Shown: positions 40,901 through 53,800 of the stretch, piece after piece
How the letters are laid out: every line of letters starts with the position of its first letter
Numbering within the stretch: position 1 is the stretch's first letter
From: the human T2T-CHM13v2.0 reference genome, Homo sapiens
DNA length: 64,000 bases
Assembly (NCBI RefSeq): GCF_009914755.1
Contig: NC_060946.1
Strand: one strand, 5' to 3'
The notes under the pieces: model-generated
Told to the model about the DNA's origin: nothing
The model's input: only the letters and a program-made list of their open reading frames with translations
Database searches by the model: none
Made by a program: the position numbers and the translations under genes

Positions 40901-43900
40901 CACTGTTAACCGAGGTGATTTAACTCTTGTCTAGGCTGTGCCCACAGGGGGATTGAGACATATCTCTGCACTGATCCCGAGGTGATACAAGTCTTGCCTG
41001 GTCTCTGCCTACTGTGGACATGGGGACATATCTCTGCACTGATCTCCCAGGTGCTGTAACATTAGTCTAGGCTCTGGCTACACGGCATTGTGACATATCA
41101 CTGCACTGATCACCCAGGCGATATAACTCTTCTCTAGGATCTGACCACAGGGTGCTTTGTGACATATCCCTGCAATGATCACCCAGGTGATATACCACTT
41201 GCCAAGGCTCCGCCTACAGGGGCATTGCAATGTATCTCTGCACTGATCACCTAGGTCCTGCAGCTATTTTCTAGGATCTGCCTACAGGGTGCTTTGTGAC
41301 GTGTCCTAGCAAGGATTACCCAGGTGATGTACCTCTCATCAAGGCTCTGCCAACAGGCACATTGTGATGTATCTCTGTACTGATCACCTAGGTCATGTAA
41401 CATTTTTCTAGGCTCTACCTACGATGGCATTGTGACATATCTCTGCACTAATCATCCAAGTGATGTAACCCTTGTCTAGGATGTGCCTAAATTAACTTTT
41501 TGACATAACCCTGTACTGATCATCCAGGTGATGGAGCTTTTGTCTAGGCTCTGCCTAAGGGGGCATTGTGACATATTTCTGCATTGATCACCCAGGTGGC
41601 GAACTCTTCTCTCGGATCTGCCTATGGGGGCATTGTGAGAAATCTCTGCACTGATCACCCAGGTGATGTAACTGTTGTGTAACCTCTGCCTACAGGGGAA
41701 TTGTGAGAGATGTCGTCACTGATTACCCAAGTGATGTAACCATTGTCTAGGCTTTGCGTACAGGGGGCTTTGTGACATACCTTTGCACTGATCACCCAGG
41801 TGATGTAACACATCTAAGTTCGGCCTAAAGGAGCCTTGTGACATATCTCTGCACTGATCACGTAGGTGATGTAACACTTTTATAATCACTGCCTACAGGG
41901 AATTTTGACAAATCTCTGCACTGATCACCTAGGTGATGTAACTCTTGTCTACCCTCTGTCCAACGGGGCATTGTGAAATATCTCTGCACTGATCACCCAG
42001 GTGATTCAACTCTTGACTAGGAACTGCCTACAGAGGTTATTGTGAAATATCTCTGCACTGATAAACTAGGTGGTGTAACCCTTGTCCAAGCTCTGCCTAC
42101 AGGTTCGTTTCCACATATCCCTGAACTGATGACAAAGGTGATGTAACTCTTGCCTAGGCTTTGCCTACAGGGAACATTGGACATATATCTGCACTGATCA
42201 CCCAGGTGATGCAACTCTTGCCTAGGCTTTGCCTACAGGGGACATTGTGACATATCTCTTCAATGATCACTCATCTGATGCATCTCTTGCCTAGGCTTTG
42301 CCTACAGGGGACATTGTGACATATCTCTGCACTGATCTCCCAGGTGCTGTAACTTTAGTCTAGGCTCTGGCTACACGGCATTGTGACCTACCTATGCACT
42401 GATCACCCAGGTGATATAACTCTTCTCTAGGATCTGCCTACAGGGTACTTTGTGATATATCCCTGCACTGATCACCCAGGTGATCTAACTCTGGTCTAAG
42501 CTCTGCCTAAAGGGGCATTGTGACAGATCTCTGCACTGATCACTCTGGTGATGTAAGTATTGTCTAGGCTCTGCTTCAAGGGGCCTTGTCACATATCTCT
42601 GCACTGATCACCCAGGTGATGTAACTCTTGTCTAGGCTCTGCTTCCAGGGCATATTGTGACATATCTATGCACTGATCACCTTAGTGATGTAACACTTTG
42701 GTAGGCTCGGCCTACAGGGGAATCTTGACATATCTCTGCACTGTTAACCGAGGTGATTTAACTCTTGTCTAGGCTGTGCCCACAGGGGGATTGAGACATA
42801 TCTCTGCACTGATCCCGAGGTGATACAACTCTTGCCTGGTCTCTGCCTACTGTCGAAATTGTGACATATCTCTGCACTGATCTCCCAGGTGCTGTAACTT
42901 TAGTCTAGGCTCTGGCTACACGGCATTGTGACATATCACTGCACTGATCACCCAGGCGATATAACTCTTCTCTAGGATCTGACCACAGGGTGCTTTGTGA
43001 CATTTCCCTGCAATGATCACCCAGGTGATATACCACTTGCCAAGGCTCTGCCTACAGGGGCATTGCAATGTATCTCTGCACTGATCACCTAGGTCTTGTA
43101 GCTATTTTCTAGGATCTGCCTACAGGGTGCTTTGTGACGTGTCCCAGCAAGGATTACCCAGGTGATGTACCTCTCATCAAGGCTCTGCCTACAGGCACAT
43201 TGTGATGTATCTCTGCACTGATCACCTCGGTCATGTAACTTTTTTCTAGGCTCTACCTACGATGGCATTGTGACATATCTCTGCACTAATCATCCAAGTG
43301 ATGTAACTCTTGTCTAGGATGTGCCTAAATTAACTTTTTGACATAACCCTGTACTGATCATCCAGGTGATGGAGCTTTTGTGTAGGCTCTGCCTAAGGGG
43401 GCATTGTGACATATTTCTGCATTGATCACCCAGGTGGCGAACTCTTCTCTCGGATCTGCCTATGGGGGCATTGTGAGAAATCTCTGCACTGATCACCCAG
43501 GTGATGTAACTGTTGTGTAACCTCTGCCTACAGGGGAATTGTGAGAGATCTCGTCACTGATTACCCAAGTGATGTAACCATTGTCTAGGCTTTGCGTACA
43601 GGGGGCTTTGTGACATACCTTTGCACTGATCACAAAGGTGATGTAACACATTTAAGTTCGGGCTAAAGGAGCTTTGTGACATATCTCTGCACTGATCACT
43701 TAGGTGATGTAACACTTTTATAATCACTGCCTACAGGGAATTTTGACAAATCTCTGCACTGATCACCTAGGTGATGTAACTCTTGTCTACCCTCTGTCCA
43801 ACGGGGCATTGTGAAATATCTCTGCACTGATCACCCAGGTGATTCAACTCTTGACTAGGAACTGCCTACAGAGGTTATTGTGAAATATCTCTGCACTGAT

Positions 43901-44000
43901 AAACTAGGTGGTGTAACCCTTGTCCAAGCTCTGCCTACAGGGGCGTTTCCACATATACCTGAACTAATGACAAAGGTGATGTAACTCTTACCTAGGCTTT
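35000..44000 (+). repeat. Second 3676-bp (2-HOR) super-repeat block with a different SNV haplotype
   Basis: TTTGTGTAGG (SLHK ORFs at 35962, 39638, 43314), GATCACAAAGG...ACATTTAAGTTCGGG (~36277/39953/43629) and GACATTTCCC (~35650/39326/43002) recur at 3676 bp. Confidence 0.85.
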
Positions 44001-46989
44001 GCCTACAGGGAACATTGGACATATATCTGCACTGATCACCCAGGTGATGCAACTCTTGCCTAGGCTTTGCCTACAGGGGACATTGTGACATATCTCTTCA
44101 ATGATCACTCATCTGATGCATCTCTTGCCTAGGCTTTGCCTACAGGGGACATTGTGACATATCTCTGCACTGATCTCCCAGGTGCTGTAACTTTAGTCTA
44201 GGCTCTGGCTACACGGCATTGTGACCTACCTATGCACTGATCACCCAGGTGATATAACTCTTCTCTAGGATCTGCCTACAGGGTACTTTGTGATATATCC
44301 CTGCACTGATCACCCAGGTGATCTAACTCTGGTCTAAGCTCTGCCTAAAGGGGCATTGTGACAGATCTCTGCACTGATCACTCTGGTGATGTAAGTATTG
44401 TCTAGGCTCTGCTTCAAGGGGCCTTGTCACATATCTCTGCACTGATCACCCAGGTGATGTAACTCTTGTCTAGGCTCTGCTTCCAGGGCATATTGTGACA
44501 TATCTATGCACTGATCACCTTAGTGATGTAACACTTTGGTAGGCTCGGCCTACAGGGGAATCTTGACATATCTCTGCACTGTTAACCGAGGTGATTTAAC
44601 TCTTGTCTAGGCTGTGCCCACAGGGGGATTGAGACATATCTCTGCACTGATCCCGAGGTGATACAACTCTTGCCTGGTCTCTGCCTACTGTCGACATTGT
44701 GACATATCTCTGCACTGATCTCCCAGGTGCTGTAACTTTAGTCTAGGCTCTGGCTACACGGCATTGTGACATATCACTGCACTGATCACCCAGGCGATAT
44801 AACTCTTCTCTAGGATCTGACCACAGGGTGCTTTGTGACATATCCCTGCAATGATCACCCAGGTGATATACCACTTGCCAAGGCTCTGCCTACAGGGGCA
44901 TTGCAATGTATCTCTGCACTGATCACCTAGGTCTTGTAGCTATTTTCTAGGATCTGCCTACAGGGTGCTTTGCGACGTGTCCCAGCAAGGATTACCCAGG
45001 TGATGTACCTCTCATCAAGGCTCTGCCTACAGGCATATTGTGATGTATCTCTGCACTGATCACCTCGGTCATGTAACTATTTTCTAGGCTCTACCTACGA
45101 TGGCATTGTGACATATCTCTGCACTAATCATCCAAGTGATGTAACTCTTGTCTAGGATGTGCCTAAATTAACTTTTTGACATAACCCTGTACTGATCATC
45201 CAGGTGATGGAGCTTTTGTCTAGGCTCTGCCTAAGGGGGCATTGTGACATATTTCTGCATTGATCACCCAGGTGGCGAACTCTTCTCTCGGATCTGCCTA
45301 TGGGGGCATTGTGAGAAATCTCTGCACTGATCACCCAGGTGATGTAACTGTTGTGTAACCTCTGCCTACAGGGGAATTGTGAGAGATCTCGTCACTGATT
45401 ACCCAAGTGATGTAACCATTGTCTAGGCTTTGCGTACAGGGGGCTTTGTGACATACCTTTGCACTGATCACCCAGGTGATGTAACACATCTAAGTTCGGC
45501 CTAAAGGAGCTTTGTGACATATCTCTGCACTGATCACGTAGGTGATGTAACACTTTTATAATCACTGCCTACAGGGAATTTTGACAAATCTCTGCACTGA
45601 TCACCTAGGTGATGTAACTCTTGTCTACCCTCTGTCCAACGGGGCATTGTGAAATATCTCTGCACTGATCACCCAGGTGATTCAACTCTTGACTAGGAAC
45701 TGCCTACAGAGGTTATTGTGAAATATCTCTGCACTGATAAACTAGGTGGTGTAACCCTTGTCTAAGCTCTGCCTACAGGGGCGTTTCCACATATCCCTGA
45801 ACTGATGACAAAGGTGATGTAACTCTTACCTAGGCTTTGCCTCCAGGGAACATTGGACATATATCTGCACTGATCACCCAGGTGATGCAACACTTGCCTA
45901 GGCTTTGCCTACAGGGGACATTGTGACATATATCTTCAATGATCACTCATGTGATGCATCTCTTGCCTAGGCTTTGCCTACAGGGGACATTGTGACATAT
46001 CTCTGCACTGATCTCCCAGGTGCTGTAACTTTAGTCTAGGCTCTGGCTACACGGCATTGTGACCTACCTCTGCACTGATCACCCAGGTGATATAACTCTT
46101 CTCTAAGATCTGCCTACAGGGTACTTTGTGACATATCCCTGCACTGATCACCCAGGTGATCTAACTCTGGTCTAAGCTCTGCCTAAAGGGGCATTGTGAC
46201 AGATCTCTGCACTGATCACTCTGGTGATGTAAGTATTGTCTAGGCTCTGCTTCAAGGGGCCTTGTCACATATCTCTGCACTGATCACCCAGGTGATGTAA
46301 CTCTTGTCTAGGCTCTGCTTCCAGGGCATATTGTGACATATCTATGCACTGATCACCTTATTGATGTAACACTTTGGTAGGCTCGGCCTACAGGGGAATC
46401 TTGACATATCTCTGCACTGTTAACAGAGGTGATTTAACTCTTGTCTAGGCTGTGCCCACAGGGGTATTGAGACATACCTCTGCACTGATCCCGAGGTGAT
46501 ACAAGTCTTGCCTGGTCTCTGCCTACTGTGGACATTGGGACATATCTCTGCACTGATCTCCCAGGTGCTGTAACTTTAGACTAGGCTCTGGCTACACGGC
46601 ATTGTGACATATCACTGCACTGATCACCCAGGCGATATAACTCTTCTCTAGGATCTGACCACGGGGTGCTTTGTGACATATCCCTGCAGTGATCACCCAA
46701 GTGATATACCACTTGCCAAGGCTCTGCCTACAGGGGCATTGCAATGTATCTCTGCACTGATCACCTAGGTCTTGTAGCTATTTTCTAGGATCTGCCTACA
46801 GGGTGCTTTGTGACGTGTCCCAGCAAGGATTACCCAGGTGATGTACCTCTCATCAAGGCTCTGCCTACAGGCACATTGTGATGTATCTCTGCACTGATCA
46901 CCTCGGTCATGTAACTTTTTTCTAGGCTCTACCTACGATGGCATTGTGACATATCTCTGCACTAATCATCCAAGTGATGTAACTCTTGT

Positions 46990-49900
46990 TTAGGATGTGC
47001 CTAAATTAACTTTTTGACATAACCCTGTACTGATCATCCAGGTGATGGAGCTTTTGTCTAGGCTCTGCCTAAGGGGGCATTGTGACATATTTCTGCATTG
47101 ATCACCCAGGTGGCGAACTCTTCTCTCGGATCTGCCTATGGGGGCATTGTGAGAAATCTCTGCACTGATCACCCAGGTGATGTAACTGTTGTGTAAACTC
47201 TGCCAACAGGGGAATTGTGAGACATCTCGTCACTGATTACCCAAGTGATGTAACCATTGTCTAGGCTTTGCGTACAGGGGGCTTTGTGACATACCTTTGC
47301 ACTGATCACACAGGTGATGTAAGACATCTAAGTTCGGCCTAAAGGAGCTTTGTGACATATCTCTGCACTGATCATTTAGGTGATGTAACACTTTTATAAT
47401 CACTGCCTACAGGGAAATTTGACAAATCTCTGCACTGATCACCTAGGTTATGTAACTCTTGTCTACCCTCTGTCCAACGGGGCATTGTGAAATGTCTCTG
47501 CACTGATCACCCAGGTGATTCAACTCTTGACTAGGAACTGCCTGCAGAGGTTATTGTGAAATATCTCTGCACTGATAAACTAGGTGGTGTAACCCTTGTC
47601 CAAGCTCTGCCTACAGGGGCGTTTCCACATATCCCTGAACTGATGACAAAGGTGATGTAACTCTTGCCTAGGCTTTGCCTACAGGGAACATTGGACATAT
47701 ATCTGCACTGATCACCCAGGTGATGCAACTCTTGCCTAGGCTTTGCCTACAGGGGACATTGTGACATATCTCTTCAATGATCACTCATGTGATGCATCTC
47801 TTGCCTAGGCTTTGTCTACAGGGGACATTGTGACATATCTCTGAACTGATGTCCCAAGTGCTGTAACTTTAGTCTAGGCTCTGGGTACACGGCATTGTGA
47901 CATATCACTGCACTGATAAACCAGGTGGTATAACTCTTGTATAGGCTCTGCCTACAGGGGGATTGTGACCTACCTCTGCACTGATCACCCAGGTGATATA
48001 ACTCTTCTCTAGGATCTGCTTACAGGGTACTTTGTGACATATCCCTGCACTGATCACCCAGGTGATCTAACTCTCGTCTAAGCTCTGCCTAAAGGGGCAT
48101 TGTGACAGATCTCTGCACTGATCACTGTGGTCATGTAAGTATTTTCTAGGCTCTGCTTCATGGGGCCTTGTCACATATCTCTGCACTGATCACCCAGGTG
48201 ATGTAACTCTTGTCTAGGCTCTGCTTCCAGGACATATTTTGACATATCTATGCACTGATCACCTTAGTGATGTAACACTTTGGTAGGCTCGGCCTACAGG
48301 GGAATCTTGACATATCTCTGCACTGTTAACCGAGGTGATTTAACTCTTGTCTAGGCTGTGCCCACAGGGGGATTGAGTCATATCTCTGCACTGATCCCGA
48401 GGTGATACAACTCTTGCCTGGTCTCTGCCTACTGTGGACATTGGGACATATCTCTGCACTGATCTCTCAGGTGCTGTAACTTTAGTCTAGGCTCTGGCTA
48501 CACGGCATTGTGACATATCACTGCACTGATCACCCAGGCGATATAACTCTTCTGTAGTATCTGACCACAGGGTGCTTTGTGACATATGCCTGCAATGATC
48601 ACCCAGGTGATATACCACTTGCCAAGGCTCTGCCTACAGGGGCATTGCAGTGTATCTCTGCACTGATCACCTAGGTCTTGTAGCTACTTTCTAGGATCTG
48701 CCTACAGGGTGCTTTGTGACGTGTCCCAGCAAGGATTACCCAGGTGATGTAACTCTCATCAAGGCTCTGCCTACAGGCACATTGTGATGTATCTCTGCAC
48801 TGATCACCTCGGTCATGTAACTTTTTTCTAGGCTCTACCTACGATGGCATTGTGACATATCTCTGCACTAATCATCCAAGTGATGTAAATCTTGTCTAGG
48901 ATGTGCCTAAATTAACTTTTTGACATAACCCTGTACTGATCATCCAGGTGATGGAGCTTTTGTCTAGGCTCTGCCTAAGGGGGCATTGTGACATATTTCT
49001 GCATTGATCACCCAGGTGGCGAACTCTTCTCTCGGATCTGCCTATGGGGGCATTGTGAGAAATCTCTGCACTGATCACCCAGGTGATGTTACTGTTGTGT
49101 AACCTCTGCCTACAGGGGAATTGTGAGAGATCTCGTCACTGATTACCCAAGTGATGTAACCATTGTCTAGGCTTTGCGTACAGGGGGCTTTGTGACATAC
49201 CTTTGCACTGATCACCGAGGTGATGTAACACATCTACGTTCGGCCTAAAGGAGCTTTGTGACATATCTCTGCACTGATCACTTAGGTGATGTAACACTTT
49301 AATAATCACTGCCTACAGGGAAATTTGACAAATCTCTGCACTGATCACCTAGGTTATGTAACTCTTGTCTACCCTCTGTCCAACGCGGCATTGTGAAATG
49401 TCTCTGCACTGATCACCCAGATGATTCAACTCTTGACTAGGAACTGCCTACAGAGGTTATTTTGAAATATCTCTGCACTGATAAACAAGGTGGTGTAACC
49501 CTTGTCCAAGCTCTGCCTACAGGGGCGTTTCCACATATCCCTGAACTGATGACAAAGTTGATGTAACTCTTGCCTAGGCTTTGCCTACAGGGAACATTGG
49601 ACATATATCTGCACTGATCACCCAGGTGATGCAACTCTTGCCTAGGCTTTGCCTACAGGGGACATTGTGACATATCTCTTCAATGATCACTCATGTGATG
49701 CATCTCTTGCCTAGGCTTTGCCTACAGGGGACATTGTGACATATCTCTGTACTGATCTCCCAGATGCTGTAACTTTAGTCTGGGCTCTGGGTACACGGCA
49801 TTGTGACATATCACTGCACTGATCAACCAGGTGATATAACTCTTGTATAGGCTCTGCCTACAGGGGGATTGTGACCTACCTCTGCACTGATCACCCAGGT

Positions 49901-50801
49901 GATATAACTCTTCTCTAGGATCTGCCTACAGGGTACTTTGTGACATATCCCTGCACTGATCACCCAGGTGATCTAACTCTTGTCTAAGCTCTGCCTAAAG
50001 GAGCATTGTGACAGATCTCTGCACTGATCACTCTGGTGATGTAAGTATTGTCTAGGCTCTGCTTCAAGGGGCCTTGTCACATATCTCTGCACTGATCACC
50101 CAGGTGATGTAACTCTTGTCTAGGCTCTGCTTCCAGGGCATATTGTGACATATCTATGCACTGATCACCTTAGTGATGTAACACTTTGGTAGGCTCGGCC
50201 TACAGGGGAATCTTGACATATCTCTGCACTGTTAACCGAGGTGATTTAACTCTTTTCTAGGCTGTGCCCACAGGGGGATTGAGACATATCTCTGCACTGA
50301 TCCCGAGGTGATACAACTCTTGCCTGGTCTCTGCCTACTGTGGACATTGCGACATATCTGTGCACTGATCTCCCAGGTGCTGTAACTTTAGACTAGGCTC
50401 TGGCTACACGGCATTGTGACATATCACTGCACTGATCACCCAGGCGATATAACTCTTCTCTAGGATCTGACCACAGGGTGCTTTGTGACATATCCCTGCA
50501 ATGATCACCCAGGTGATATACCACTTGCCAAGGCTCTGCCTACAGGGGCATTGCAATGTATCTCTGCACTGATCACCTAGGTCTTGTAGCTATTTTCTAG
50601 GATCTGCCTACAGGGTGCTTTGTGACGTGTCCTACCAAGGATTACCCAGGTGATGTACCTCTCATCAAGGCTCTGCCTACAGGCACATTGTGATGTATCT
50701 CTGCACTGATCACCTAGCTCATGTAACTTTTTTCTAGGCTCTACCTATGATGGCATTGTGACATATCTCTGCACTAATCATCCAAGTGATGTAACTCTTG
50801 T
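46990..50801 (+). repeat. Two 28-monomer HOR units (1906 bp)
   Basis: Anchors at 46990, 48896, 50802. Monomer N at ~47915 and ~49821. Shared GGGTACACGG variant. Confidence 0.92.
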
Positions 50802-53800
50802 CTAGGATGTGCCTAAATTAACTTTTTGACATAACCCTGTACTGATCATCCAGGTGATGGAGCTTTTGTCTAGGCTCTGCCTAAGGGGGCATTGTGACAT
50901 ATTTCTGCATTGATCACCCAGGTGGCGAACTCTTCTCTCGGATCTGCCTATGGGGGCATTGTGAGAAATCTCTGCACTGATCACCCAGGTGATGTAACTG
51001 TTGTGTAACCTCTGCCTACAGGGGAATTGTGAGAGATCTCGTCACTGATTCCCCAAGTGATGTAACCATGGTCTAGGCTTTGCGTACAGGGGGCTTTGTG
51101 ACATACCTTTGCACTGATTACCCGGGTGATGTAACACATCTAAGTTCGGCCTAAAGGAGCCTTGTGACATATCTCCGCAGTAATCACTTAGGTGATTTAA
51201 CACTTTTATAATCACTGCCTACAGGGAAATTTGACAACTCTCTGCACTGATCACCTCGGTTATGTAACTCTTGTCTACCCTCTCTCCAATGGGGCATTGT
51301 GAAATGTCTCTGCACTGATCACCCAGGTGATTCAACTCTTGACTAGGAACTGCCTACAGAGGTTATTGTGAAATATCTCTGCACTGATAAACTAGGTGGT
51401 GTAACCCTTGTCCAAGCTCTGCCTACAGGGGCGTTTCCACATATCCCTGAACTGATGACAAAGGTGATGTAACTCTTGCCTAGGCTTTGCCTACAGGGAA
51501 CATTGGACATATATCTTCACTGATCACCCATTTGATGCAACTCTTGCCTAGGCTTTGCCTACAGGGGACATCGGGACATATCTCTTCAATGATCACTCCT
51601 GTGATGCATCTCTTGCCTAGGCTTTGCCTACAGGGGACATTGTGACATATCTCTGCACTGATCTCCCAGGTGCTGTAACTTTACTCTAGGCTCTGGCTAC
51701 ACGGCATTGTGACCTACCTCTGCACTGATCACCCAGGTGATATAACTCTTCTCTAGGATCTGCCTACAGGGTACTTTGTGACATATCCCTGCACTGATCA
51801 CCCAGGTGATCAAACTCTGGTCTAAGCTCTGCCTAAAGGGGCATTGTGACAGATCTCTGCACTGATCACTCTGGTGATGTAAGTATTGTCTAGGCTCTGC
51901 TTCAAGGGGCCTTGTCACATATCTCTGCACTGATCACCCAGGTGATGTAACTCTTGTCTAGGCTCTGCTTCCAGGGCATATTGTGACATATCTATGCACT
52001 GATCACCTTAGTGATGTAACACTTTGGTAGGCTCGGCCTACAGGGGAATCTTGACATATCTCTGCACTGTTAACCGAGGTGATTTAACTCTTGTCTAGGC
52101 TGTGCCCACAGGGGTATTGAGACATATCTCTGCACTGATCCCGAAGTGATACAACTCTTGCCTGGTCTCTGCCTACTGTGGACATTGGGACATATCTCTG
52201 CACTGATCTCCCAGGTGCTGTAACTTTAGACTAGGCTCTGGCTACACGGCATTATGACATATCACTGCACTGATCACCCAGGCGATATAACTCTTCTCTA
52301 GGATCTGACCACAGGGTGCTTTGTGACATATCCCTGCAATGATCACCCAGGTGATATACCACTTGCCAAGGCTCTGCATACAGGGGCATTGCAATGTATC
52401 TCTGCACTGATCACCTAGGTCCTGTAGCTATTTTCTAGGATCTGCCTACAGGGTGCTTTGTGACGTGTCCTAGCAAGGATTACCCAGGTGATGTAACTCT
52501 CATCAAGGCTCTGCCTACAGGCACATTGTGATGTATCTCTGTACTGATCACCTAGGTCATGTAACTTTTTTCTAGGCTCTACCTATGATGGCATTGTGAC
52601 ATATCTCTGCACTAATCATCCAAGTGATGTAACACTTGTCTAGGATGTGCCTAAATTAACTTTTTGACATAACCCTGTACTGATCATCCAGGTGATGGAG
52701 CTTTTGTCTAGGCTCTGCCTAAGCGGGCATTGTGACATATTTCTGCATTGATCACCCAGGTGGCGAACTCTTCTCTCGGATCTGCCTATGGGGGCATTGT
52801 GAGAAATCTCTGCACTGATCACCCAGGTGATGTAACTGTTGTGTAACCTCTGCCTACAGGGGAATTGTGAGAGATCTCGTCACTGATTACCCAAGTGATG
52901 TAACCATTGTCTAGGCTTTGCGTACAGGGGGCTTTGTGACATACCTTTGCACTGATTACCCAGGTGATGTAACACATCTAAGTTCGGCCTAAAGGAGCTT
53001 TGTGACATATCTCTGCACTGATCACTTAGGTGATGTAACACTTTTATAATCACTGCCTACAAGGAATTTTGACAAATCCCTGCACTGATCACCTAGGTGA
53101 TGTAACTCTTGTCTACCCTCTGTCCAACGGAGCATTGTGAAATATCTCTGCACTGATCACCCAGGTGATTCAACTCTTGACTAGGAACTGCCTACAGAGG
53201 TTATTGTGAAATATCTCTGCACTGATAAACTAGGTGGTGTAACCCTTGTCCAAGCTCTGCCTACAGGGTCGTTTCCACATATCCCTGAACTGATGACAAA
53301 GGTGATGTAACTCTTGCCTAGGCTTTGCCTACAGGGAACATTGGACATATATCTGCACTGATCACCCAGGTGATGCAACTCTTGCCTAGGCTTTGCCTAC
53401 AGGGGACATTGTGACATATCTCTTCAATGATCACTCATGTGATGCATCTCTTGCCTAGGCTTTGCCTACAGGGGACATTGTGACACATCTCTGCACTGAT
53501 CTCCCAGGTGCTGTAACTTTAGTCTAGGCTCTGGCTACACGGCATTGTGACCTACCTCTGCACTGATCACCCAGGTGATATAACTCTTCTCTAGGATCTG
53601 CCTACAGGGTACTTTGTGACATATCCCTGCACTGATCACCCAGGTGATATAACTCTTCTCTAGGATCTGCCTACAGGATACTTTGTGACATATCCCTGCA
53701 CTGATCACCCAGGTGATCTAACTCTGGTCTAAGCTCTGCCTAAAGGAGCATTGTGACAGATCTCTTCACTGATCACTCTGGTGATGTAAATATTGTCTAA

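Larger units (their letters stand above)
19420..46989 (+). repeat. Homogeneous core: 15 consecutive 27-monomer HOR units of exactly 1838 bp
   Basis: Anchor and ORF-track spacing is exactly 1838 from 19420 to 46990 (27570 = 15 x 1838). Confidence 0.95.
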
